32,000 nucleotides of DNA, from contig NC_006055.1 of NCBI RefSeq assembly GCF_000008305.1, positions 360,001 through 392,000 on the forward strand. The letters run 5' to 3'. The notes beneath the pieces are model-generated. The model was given only the letters and a program-made list of their open reading frames with translations. It did not search any database and was not told the origin of the DNA. The position numbers and the translations under genes were made by a program. Positions 10,298-20,168 of this stretch are shown piece by piece (the first letter of the stretch is position 1; each line of letters opens with the position of its first letter). The stretch comes from Mesoplasma florum L1. Lineage in GTDB: Bacteria > Bacillota_I > Bacilli_A > Mycoplasmatales > Mycoplasmataceae.

Positions 10298-12556
10298 ATG
10301 TCTATAAGAGATAATATAACAAAAAAACAATATGCATATAATTGTGTAGAACATGAAAGAATTTTTTCTATTGAGTCAAACTATGCTATTGCATTAAGAT
10401 TAAGTGACGTTTGAGAAGAAGGCAATAAGCTTTATGTGGAAGTTACTTTTAATAATTTTCAAAAAGCTTATTTATCATTTGCTGAATATGAAAATGGAAT
10501 AGTTAATATAAGATATTGACAAAAACAAATCCCAGTAAATAGATATTATGATAAAAACCATGAAAACATGGTCACAACAAAAATAAAATATAAAAATGAT
10601 AAAAATGAAATAGTAATTTCATTAAAAAATGGTGAAAATATTATTATTACAAAAAATAAATTCCAATTAGCATTAGTAGACGTTAATGGTGAGATAAAAA
10701 CAAAAACTTCTTTAAGACCAGGATGAGATCATTTAGAAGGATATTGCACACCACCTTTAGGATTTAAAATTGATGATAATATTCAAAAGCCATTTATGAC
10801 AATGCAGTTAGCTAGTGAAGAGTTAATTTATGGGTTAGGTGAAAAATTTAACAATTTTGTTAAAAACGGTGTTCAATCAACTATTTTTAATGTAGATAAT
10901 GAAGCTGTTTCAAATGGTGATTATGCTTATTCAGGAGTACCTTTAGTATATTCTTCAAGAAATTGAGGATTACTATTAAATACAGCTCATAAAACAGAGT
11001 GAGAAATTGGTTCACCAACAACCGAAAGTTTATCGTTTATGTCTACAGAAGAATGTTTAGATATAATTTTATTTTCAGGAGATTCATTAAAAGATTTAGT
11101 TAAACAATATACTTTATTTACAGGTAGAATAACTGGTGTTCCAGATGAAGCCTATGGATTATGATTAAACAGACTTTATTATCATAATAAAAAAGAATTA
11201 TTTACTGAAATTGAAAATTCAATAAAAAATGAGTATCCAATAGATGTATTTACATTGGATCCAAAATGAATCAAAAATAGATATACAAAATCATGTAATT
11301 TTGAATTCAATGACGATCAATTTGGAGATTTAGAAACAATGCTTAGCGAAGTCCACGAAAAAGGATTTAAAATGTGTTTCTGAATAAACCCTTATTTACA
11401 AATAGATAACTCTGAAATGTGAAATGAAGTTTACGAAAAAGGTTATCATGTTAAAAAAGCTGATGGAAGTATTGCACATATTTGAAGTGGTTTTGGTAAT
11501 TACCAAGAAACAGCTTCAGCTATAGATTTAACAAATCCAGATGCTGTAGTATATTGAAAAAATAAAATAAAAGATTTAATGTACAAAGGTGTAGATTTTA
11601 TTAAAACTGATTATGGTGATAGTGTTGATGAAGACGCTGTAATGTTTAACGGTGAAAAAGGAACAAATTTTAAAAATGCTTATGCTGAATTATATCTAAG
11701 ATATGTTTATGAAGCAACTCAAGAAGTGAAAGGTATAGATAAAGGTTTCTGTTTATCAAGACCTGGATATATTGGAACACAAAAATATGTTGGAAAATGA
11801 GCTGGAGATTCAGCATCAAGTTTTAATGAACTAAAAATGCAATTACTTTCTGGTTTATCAAATTCACTTTGTGGAACAGTAATGTGAGGAACTGATATAG
11901 GTGGCTTTTTAGATATTAACGCTAATGAAGAAGACTTGTATGCAAGATGATCACAATTTGGTTTATTGACACCTTTTTCAAGATACCATGGTGTTGGAGC
12001 AAGAGAACCTTGATATTTTGGAGAAAAAGACTTAAATATTTCTAGAGAAGCCGCTAAATTAAAAAGACAATTACTTCCTTACTATAAAATCTATGAAAAA
12101 GAAGCTATTGAATCAGGATTACCAATAATAAGACCTTTAGTTCTTGAATTCCCTAATGATACAATTGCTGCTAAAATAGATGATCAATTTATGTTGGGTG
12201 AAAATATTATGGTTGCTCCTATTTTAAGTAATAAAAAATATGAAAGACAAGTTTATTTCCCTGAAGGAAACTGAATTGATTTTTCAGATAAAAAAATTTA
12301 TGAAGGTAACAAAAAATATAATATTGATTGTCCAATTGAAAAAATACTAATCTTTGTTAAAGAAAATTCAATTATACCTATGATTAAAAATCCTATGTAT
12401 AAATTTAACAATATAGATAATGAAAAAATTAAATTAAGAATCTATGGAAATGTTTTAAATGAAACATTAAAATTTAGAATAAATGACAAAGACTACTCTG
12501 TTGAAGTGAGAGACAACAAAATAGTTAATGAAAATGAAAAATTCGAAGTAGAATAA
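10298..12556 (+). CDS. GH31 alpha-glucosidase / alpha-xylosidase family protein (752 aa)
   Basis: ATG at 10298 follows the RBS gtgaggtg. The long frame-2 ORF is interrupted only by TGA; only one piece (11579-11800) appears in the track. GH31 signatures are FWINPY, the nucleophile region GVDFIKTDYGD, and KWAGDSASSF...MWGTDIGGF. TAA stop at 12554-12556. Confidence 0.85.
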
Positions 12557-12566
12557 GGTGAAATTT

Positions 12567-15131
12567 ATGGCAGAAAGCAAAAACATCAAAATTTATGCTC
12601 CCGTAGATTGTCATGTAGAAGATATAAAAGAATTAAATGATGGGGTTTTTAGTGAAGGCTTACTTGGAATGGGTATTTTCTTTGAACCAAAAAACAATAA
12701 AATTTGTTCTCCAGTGTATGGAAAATGCGTTCAAATATTTCATACAAAACATGCTATTCATTTTGAAGATTCAAATGGTAATATTTTATTAATGCATATT
12801 GGTATTGATTCAGTTCAGTTAAATGGTGAAGGGTTTGATTTAAAAATACAACCTGGACAAACTGTTGAACCAAAAACTGAAGTTGTAGATGTTGATTTTA
12901 AATTATTTGAAAAAAATAATATTATAAAATCAACACCAATAGTTATTGAACAAGATCAAAAGTATGATTATAAAATAATATTCTTAAAACCTGGTGATTA
13001 TAAAAAAGGTGATTTAATTTTAGAAATTGAAAAAACAATTAAAACTGAAACAAATATTGAAAAAGAAGAAATCAACTTATTGGATGAACAAGGTAATACA
13101 TTACCTATAATTTTTCAAGATAAATGAGAAAGTTTATCAGCTGAAGTGTTAAAAGCGGTTCAATCAAAAGATAATGTTGTTAATATTAATAACTGTAACA
13201 CTAGATTGAGATTACAAATCAAAGATACATCAATAATAAATACTGAAGAAGTTAAAAATAATAGATGAGTTAAAGGTGTTAACCTAAAAGGGAACGAACT
13301 ACAAATAATTATAGGTCCGGATGCTTATAAACTTAAAGACGCATTCACAGAATTTATAAATAAAAAACAAGTTAGTTTAAAAACTAAAGCGCCTGCTGAA
13401 TCATTTAAGTCAAAGTTTATTAAAATAGTTAATGGTGTTTTAGTACCTGTTGTGCCTGTTATTTGTGCAGCATCATTTATCACTTTAGTAAAAACTATAT
13501 TAGAAACAACTGGAGTTATTGATAGTGTTTCATTGAACTATATTTTTAGTAACAATGAAAGCTTAATTAATGGTGGTATAAAAATACTGTCTGACTATGG
13601 ATTAGTGACTGGTTTATTCTTTATTTTAAGTCAAACTGCTTGGGCCTTTGTTGGAATATATTTTAGTTATTCAACAGTTAAGTTTTTAAAAGGAAACGAA
13701 ATAATGGGTATTTTAATAGGGCTTACTTTAATTTGTCCATTCTTATTTGGAGGAGCAAAATGAGATCTGTTCTCACTTGGAAATTGAACATTTAGTGTAA
13801 CAGCTTATCCTTCATCTATTCTACCGCATATATTTGTTGGTGTAGTATATGTTTACTTTGATAGATGAGTAAGAAAATGAATGCCAGTTAGTGTAGATTT
13901 AATTTTTAGACACTCACTAACTTATGCAGTTTCACTATTATCAGTATTTTTATTTGCTGGACCATTATTGGCTTTAGTTGAAAGTGGATTATATTTTGTT
14001 ATTATTGATGGTTTAGCTAATATACCATATGGTATTGGAACTGGTATATTTGGTTTATTATGACAACCACTTGTTTTAACAGGTATGCACGCAGCATTCT
14101 ATATTCCTATTAATCAACAAATTGGTGAAGGAACACCTTTAGTTTTAGGAACTGTTAAAGAAATCGGTTCTCTTGGTCAATTTGGAGCATGTTTTGCATT
14201 ATTATTTATTACTAAAAATTCAAATTTAAAACAAGTAGCAGTTTCAGCAGCTCCGCCTGCATTATTAGGAATAACAGAACCTGCAATTTATGGTTGCAAC
14301 TTAGTTAAAGTTACACCATTTATAGCAGGATGTATTGGATCAGGAATTGGTGGTATTTATTATGGTGTAACTAACACCCAATTGTATGCAATTGGAAATG
14401 GTGTTTTATGTGCAATAGGTGCTATTCCTGGTGGAACAATGAATCTAGTTAACTGTTTAATTGGATTTGTAATAACAATATGTTCTGCATTTGTGATTAC
14501 TTTATTTTTATATAAAGAAAGAGTTGATGAACAAAAAGGTATCAAAAAAATATATAAAAAAATATCAAGCTTAATTAACCCAAAAAATGAAGCAATAATA
14601 TCATTTGATACAGAAATTTCTGAAATTTCAGAATTATATTCAAAAGAAACAAAAGAACAAATTAAACGTTTAGAAGATTTATTATACAAAAAAGGTATTA
14701 TTGAAAATAAACTTGAAAAAATTAATGTAAAAGAAGATTTAAAAAAACAAAATTATTCTAAAAAAGCATTAAAAGCTTATAAAAAAGATAACAATGAAAA
14801 AGTTGTTAAATATAATACTTTATTACAAAATGTTAAATCAAATAAAAAATCTTTAAATGATAAGTTAGAAGAATATATTAGAGAAATTTTAGAATTAAAT
14901 AGTCAATATAATAAAATTACAATTAAAGCAAAAGAAATAACTAATGAATCAGTTGATAGAGTAGTTATGATCACTAATAAGTCAGAATTTAATGAAATTA
15001 AAAACAATTTTAATCAGTTAATTATGGCCTTAGAAAATAATGCATTAAATTTACCTAAAAATAATGAAGAATTATTTAACTTTCATGCATTTGCTAAAAA
15101 GCAAAAAAACTCAAGTAAAGTTAATGCATAA
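12567..15131 (+). CDS. Second PTS permease, fused EIIA-EIIB-EIIC with a K/E/N-rich C-terminal tail (854 aa); paralog of 1622-4171
   Basis: Track ORFs 12558-13127, 13452-13763, 13881-14063 and 14085-15131 are all in frame 0 and join across TGA. ATG at 12567 lies 6 nt after the aaggtg RBS. The EIIA motif is TKHAIHFEDSNGNILLMHIGIDS, the EIIB motif is INNCNTRLRL and the EIIC motif is ITEPAIYGCNLVKVTPF. The tail covers about 14520-15131. Confidence 0.85.
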
Positions 15132-15138
15132 TAGAAAT

Positions 15139-15170
15139 AAAAACTAGAAGATATTAACTTCTAGTTTTTA
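15139..15170. terminator. Bidirectional rho-independent terminator shared by the convergent PTS and HEPN genes
   Basis: 11-bp stem: aaaactagaag (15140-15150) pairs with cttctagtttt (15158-15168). A-rich sequence lies 5' and T-rich sequence 3', so the hairpin works on both strands. The stop codon of the minus-strand gene (15168-15170) overlaps the stem. Confidence 0.75.
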
Positions 15171-15722
15171 TTTATCAAATTTAATTTTTACCTGATCAAC
15201 TAAATCTATTTCATTACCTGCCATATTTATTTCATTTTTAAAATTAGATTGATAGTTTTTAGTTAAGTTATTGTATAAGAAATTGATGTTCATTTGATTT
15301 TCTAAAATATTGTCTAAAATGATTGGTTTAAAGTGAGAAATCTGATTTCTTAATTCACGTATACCATCAAATTCATTACGAGAAATGATAGGTCTATCAT
15401 TGTATACACTTTGAATTTTATTTAAGTTTTTAAAATATAAATTTTGAGCTTCACTCATGTTAACGTTTTCTTTTAAAAAGAATTCTACATCTTTAACATC
15501 ACAATTCATTAAAACAGCTCTTATATATTCTTCAAAGAAACAAATATAACGATAAAGAATATATTTAAGTCTTAGATCATATTGAATAACAGCAGCTATT
15601 TTAGCATATTCATCAGTATTTAAATATTTAGCTATGTATTGATGATATTCAACACCTTTAAGTTCTTTATATTTATTATATGAATCTATTTCATTCTGAT
15701 TTTTAAATTTTATTTCAATCAT
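15168..15722 (-). CDS. HEPN-domain protein, Abi_2 (AbiD/AbiF)-like, 184 aa
   Basis: Intact ORF with a ggaga RBS. The Rx4H HEPN motif is ELRNQISH (R125-H130, nt 15333-15350). The upstream helix QYDLRLKYILYRYICFFEEYIRAVL resembles the conserved FDxxLRxxL...IE...R block of Abi_2 proteins (from memory, not searched). It is shorter than typical AbiD/F proteins of about 300 aa. Confidence 0.6.
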   Translation of the reverse strand: MIEIKFKNQNEIDSYNKYKELKGVEYHQYIAKYLNTDEYAKIAAVIQYDLRLKYILYRYICFFEEYIRAVLMNCDVKDVEFFLKENVNMSEAQNLYFKNLNKIQSVYNDRPIISRNEFDGIRELRNQISHFKPIILDNILENQMNINFLYNNLTKNYQSNFKNEINMAGNEIDLVDQVKIKFDK

Positions 15723-15788
15723 AGTATCTCCGATATCATAATTATCACATATTAAAACAAAAGTAGATTAATCTTTTAAATAAAGTAA

Positions 15789-15794
15789 TATAAT
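15789..15794 (+). promoter_or_regulatory. Candidate -10 box (TATAAT) for the TIR-like/TM gene pair
   Basis: Exact TATAAT lies 23 nt upstream of the ATG at 15817, in the 94-bp divergent intergenic region. Such matches are common in AT-rich DNA. Confidence 0.3.
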
Positions 15795-15816
15795 AAAATA
15801 AAAAATGGAGGAATAT

Positions 15817-16365
15817 ATGAATAAAAAAGTTTTTATTTCTTATTGGCATTCTGGTCATCAAATACAAAAAGATGAATTAGAAAAAACAGTAAGAGCTTCT
15901 AGAAATATAAATAATTCTGTTCACATTGGAGATATTAATGAAAATCTACCAACTGAAAGAATTTATCAAATAATAAGAGATGATTATTTAAAAGATAGTC
16001 AGGTAACAATTGTTCTTCTAGGTTTACATACAAATCACCGTAAGCATATAGATAGAGAAATTGCTTCATCTATTAGAGAAACATTTTTAAATCCAAGAAA
16101 TGGGCTTGTTATTCTTGTTATGCCTGAGATGGTGCCTTATGTTTCAGCAGGGACATGAAATAGTGAAAGAATATGTGGACCCAGAATTTCAAAAAATATA
16201 AAAAATAACTATGCAGTTTTTGATTATTATCACAACGTAATTAATAACCCTTCAAAATTAAACGAATTAATTGAAAAAGCTTATTTAAATAGAAATAATG
16301 TACTACCCAATAATTCTGATCCTTACAGAAGTAACAATACAAGCTGTACAATATGTGGGAGATAA
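15817..16365 (+). CDS. TIR-like domain protein, ThsB/DUF1863-like (182 aa)
   Basis: ATG at 15817 lies 5 nt after the ggagg RBS; the track start at 15805 overlaps the RBS. One in-frame TGA at 16156. The N-terminal strand KKVFISYWH and the core SQVTIVLLGLHTNHRKHIDREIASSI match the pattern xVFISY...VTxVLIGxxTxxRxWVxYEIxxSI that I recall for DUF1863/ThsB TIR-like proteins. This includes a Glu (E81, nt 16057-16059) at the position of the catalytic glutamate. TAA stop at 16363-16365. Confidence 0.7.
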
Positions 16366-16368
16366 AAG

Positions 16369-17202
16369 ATGAAAATAGAGATTAATAATTTATGATATTT
16401 AGTAATAATTTTAATTATTATATTATTTTTTATTTTTATTCCTTTAATAATAAAAAGTATTAAACTAAAATTAAAAAATAATAAAAACTTAAAACAAACT
16501 AAACAATCATTTAAAAATCTTTTAGATAATAAAGATTTAAGTTTAAATAATAAAATCTTTTTTAAAAGAGAAGATAAAAAATTAAATTTACATCTTAAAG
16601 AACTTATTGGTTCAAGTTCACTTTCAAGTTCAGTTAAAACAAATTTAGATTTTAAAATAGTTACATTTGAGATTCAATCAAATTTACCTGAAAAAATAAA
16701 TAATAGACAAATTTCTTGAAAAGCATTCACAGCGATTATAACTTCTGTTATAACAAATGATTCAAGAGGCGATACTGCAGAAGCAGTTAATTCAATTTAT
16801 CAATTATTTAAATTTTTAAAAAAACTTGTAATTGAAAGTGAGAATTCACCAATCATTCCATCAATGTTACTAAAAATAATAAATACAGATTTAAGGCCAA
16901 TATTAACTTTTACAAGAAGTTTTATGTTTTCTGATGCAGAAGGAAAAAATAAAGTTAAAAAAGATTTTGAAAACCAAGAAGAACAATTTTGAAATAAAAT
17001 TAATGATTTAAAAATTACTTTATTAGAGAGAAATGATTTAAAAATTTTATGTTTATTTTCTCAAAATTACATAACAACTGATGAAATTTATAATTTACTA
17101 AATATTAGCGATGAGTTGAAAAAGCAACTTATGTCTAAAAATAAAGAATCAAAAAAAATTATAGACGAAGTTGAAAAAGAAATAAAAAATTCAAAAATTT
17201 AA
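16369..17202 (+). CDS. Single-pass membrane protein of unknown function (277 aa), probably translationally coupled to the TIR-like gene; absent from the supplied ORF track
   Basis: ATG at 16369 lies 3 nt after the TIR stop. Frame 1 stays open to the TAA at 17200-17202, with three in-frame TGA codons (16393, 16717, 16990). The N-terminal TM helix is WYLVIILIIILFFIFIPLII, followed by a K-rich juxtamembrane stretch. The C-terminal region of about 240 aa contains no motif I recognise, including SIR2, Macro or SLOG signatures. A terminator follows immediately. Confidence 0.65.
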
Positions 17203-17215
17203 GTAAATTTTATAA

Positions 17216-17247
17216 ACAAAGAACTTATTTAAACAAGTTCTTTTTTT
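17216..17247 (+). terminator. Rho-independent terminator after the TIR-like/TM pair
   Basis: 9-bp stem: aaagaactt (17218-17226) pairs with aagttcttt (17235-17243). The loop is 8 nt and the T-run extends to 17247. Confidence 0.75.
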
Positions 17248-17295
17248 GTTTGAGATTTATTTGTTATAAAATATATAAATAAAAAGGGTGAGAAG

Positions 17296-19527
17296 ATGAA
17301 CGAATTATTAACTTTTAGAGGATATGTAGTTAAATATGGTTTTTCAAATGATGCTGGTTGAGGAACTGGTACATTTGCTAGTGAAGATAATTTAAAACAA
17401 CATATGAGTATTAAAGGATCAATAACTAGTATGGATAAAAAAACTTTATATGAAATAACTGGATATTTTGAAGAACATCCTCGTTATGGTAAAAGTTTTA
17501 ATGTTCAAACTTATCGAAAAGCACCTATTCACTCAACTAAAGAACAAATTAAATTTTTAGCAGGTCCTGCATTTCCAGGTGTAGGAGAAAAAACAGCTGA
17601 AATTATAATAAATCACTTAGGTGATAAAGCAATTACACAATTAGTTAAAAATATTGAATTATTAAATGAAATACCAGGACTTAATGCTATTTATATCCCA
17701 ATTATTAAAAAAGGAATAGAAGAGAATATCAGACAAGAAGGTCAAGAAAGATTAAGATATATCTTTTTTGAAAATAATCTTAAAACTTCAATATTAGATT
17801 GAATGGATAATCACTTTGATCAAGATAATGACATTATTGAAAGCATTTTTTCAAATTCATTTTTATCTTTTGCAAAAGATAAAGAAATTGCTTCATTTGA
17901 AGAACTTGATAAAGTTGCTGTTCATTTTGGATTAGAATTACACTCACCTGAAAGAATAGCTTATTGAGCTTGAAAGTTAGCTGATGATTTTTTATTTGCA
18001 TCTGGAGATACTTATACAAACAAAGATTATCTTTCAAGAAGTTTAATGCGTAAGTTAAAAATACAAGATACCGAATTACTTTTTGAAGGTATTTTATATG
18101 CTAAAGAAAAAGGTATTTTAAAATTAACTAAAAATCGTATTTATACAGAAGAATCTTGAAGAGAAGAGCAAATTATCGCAGATAATATAATAAAGCTTAA
18201 TATACCCACTAAAAATGCCAATAAAGAAGGTATTTCATGAGAAATAAATCAAATTGAAGAAGAAATAGCTTATGAAAATAAAATTAAAGATTTTAAATTT
18301 GATGAAAAACAAAGAGAAGCATTAGAATTATTTGCCAATAATAAATTATCTATTATTACTGGTGGACCAGGAACTGGTAAAACAACATTGATTAAAGGAA
18401 TAGTTAAATTGTTTAATCGTATGAGTGGTACTGAGGACTATGCAATAGCAACACCAACCGGAAGAGCTGCTGCTAGAATTAGAGAAACATACAAGAAATC
18501 ATATGCAACAACAATACACAAACTATTAGAAGCAAAAGAACTTAATAAGTTTCAAATTACACAAAATAATCCATTAAATCAAAAACTTGTAATTTTAGAT
18601 GAATGCTCAATGATAGATAATAAATTATTTGCAAGTTTTATACAATCTTGTGATCGAGTTAGAAAAGTAGTTTTAGTTGGTGATGCTAATCAATTACCAA
18701 GTGTAGGGTATGGAAATACATTTGCTGATTTATTAGAACTAGATTTTTTAAAAACAATTAAACTAGATACAGTTCATAGACAAAAGAATGGCAATGGTAT
18801 TGTTGATTTAGCTTATAAAGTGTTAAATGAGACATTAGAGATAAGTGATTTAGAATCTATGAGTAATGTTGAAATAAACTTTGATTATAATAATCAAAAC
18901 ACCATGAACAAAGTTACTGAAATTGTTGGTCAACATTGAGATGATTTAGAAAAAAGAGCTAATCATTTACAAGTTATTTGTCCAATGTATGGTGGTGAAT
19001 TAGGAATTGATGAAATCAATGCTCAAATCCAAAATGAATTTAATGAAAATGTTAAAGATAAAAAGAAAGTCTATGATCGAGGAGATTATCGATTTGTAGT
19101 TGAAGATAAAATCATGTTTTTAAAAAATGACACTGATTTAGATTTAGCTAATGGTGATGTAGGTAAAATAATTAAAATTAATTATGATGCTATAGGTAGA
19201 TTAAAAGATGTTTTAACTGAATTTAATGATAAAGAGATATTATTACAACCAAAAAACTTTAGTGATGTAAAATTATCTTATGCAACTAGTGTGCATAAGA
19301 CTCAAGGAAGTGAATATAATAATGTTTTATTAGTTATAGATAGTCCTAAATTTAATTCAGGCTTTATTAATAAAACATTAATTTACACAGCAGTAACAAG
19401 AGCAAAAGATAAAATAGTTATTTTAGGTGATAGTGATTTATTCTTTAATGCAATTAAAATAACACCACCTAGAAGAAATACAACACTTATTGAAACTATG
19501 CTAGAAAAGAGAGAAACAAATGGGTAA
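17296..19527 (+). CDS. recD2: RecD2-type SF1B ATP-dependent DNA helicase (743 aa)
   Basis: ATG at 17296 follows the RBS aagggtgag. The frame-1 pieces (track ORFs 17404-17802, 18388-18939 and 18985-19527) join across TGA. There is an N-terminal OB-like region and a HhH segment (AGPAFPGVGEKTAEII). The Walker A motif is ITGGPGTGKTT, with LVILDECSMID, VLVGDANQLPSVG, the SH3-like insert DKIMFLKNDTDLDLANGDVG and YATSVHKTQGSEY...YTAVTRAK. Confidence 0.9.
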
Positions 19528-20155
19528 AAAACAAACGTATTTAAAATATTTAGCAACAGCTTCAGGATTATTCTTTTTAAGTTCATTATTGGTTAAATAT
19601 TTTGATTTTAAAAAAGGTGTGTTTGAAGGAAATACAACAGCTTTATTAATAACAGAAATCATTTTATTTTTAATTGGTTGTTTATTATTAGGATTTTATT
19701 GATTTGTTAAATTTTATGATTTAAATAAAGAAAAAGAATATGTAATGACTAAAAAAGAAAAAATTTATTTTCTTAGTTCTTTAGGTTTATATTCATTAAG
19801 TTTAATTTTAACTATGATATTTATTATAGCTGCTCATAATATTGTTAATATAACTACATTGTTTTTTGTAATGATAGTATTTATATTATTAGGTTTAATA
19901 GTAGGATCTGTATTTGAAATGATTAGTCGTTTAGGATATCAAAGCTATGTAGCCAGAAAAGAATATGAACAAGCACAAATAATTAAAAAAGAACGTATCA
20001 AAAAAATGATTAGCGAAGATAAAAGTATAACTGAAGAAGAAGCTAAAACTATAGTTAGTACAAATAAAAAAAGAACAAAAGAAGCTGAAACATTATTGAA
20101 AGCTGATATTGTTAAAAAGAAAAAAGAAAAAGACACTAATCCTTTTAAAGATTAA
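19520..20155 (+). CDS. Hypothetical 4-TM membrane protein with a K/E-rich C-terminal tail (211 aa)
   Basis: Track ORFs 19520-19702 and 19745-20155 are in the same frame and join across the TGA at 19700. The ATG overlaps the recD2 stop by 8 nt. There are two similar 2-TM halves followed by a charged tail. I recognise no family. Confidence 0.55.
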
Positions 20156-20168
20156 TGTCTTTTTTAAA

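Noticed and set aside
14360-14689. 109-aa minus-strand ORF inside the second PTS gene
   Set aside because: It is antisense to the EIIC domain and is a shadow ORF typical of AT-rich DNA.
17834-18037. 67-aa minus-strand ORF inside recD2
   Set aside because: It is antisense to a continuous RecD2 frame and has no RBS.
17296-19527. RecD2 helicase as a component of the adjacent TIR/HEPN cluster
   Set aside because: It is separated from the cluster by a strong terminator and has its own RBS. RecD2 is a conserved housekeeping helicase in Firmicutes and Mollicutes. Its full-length canonical motif set argues for the core function.
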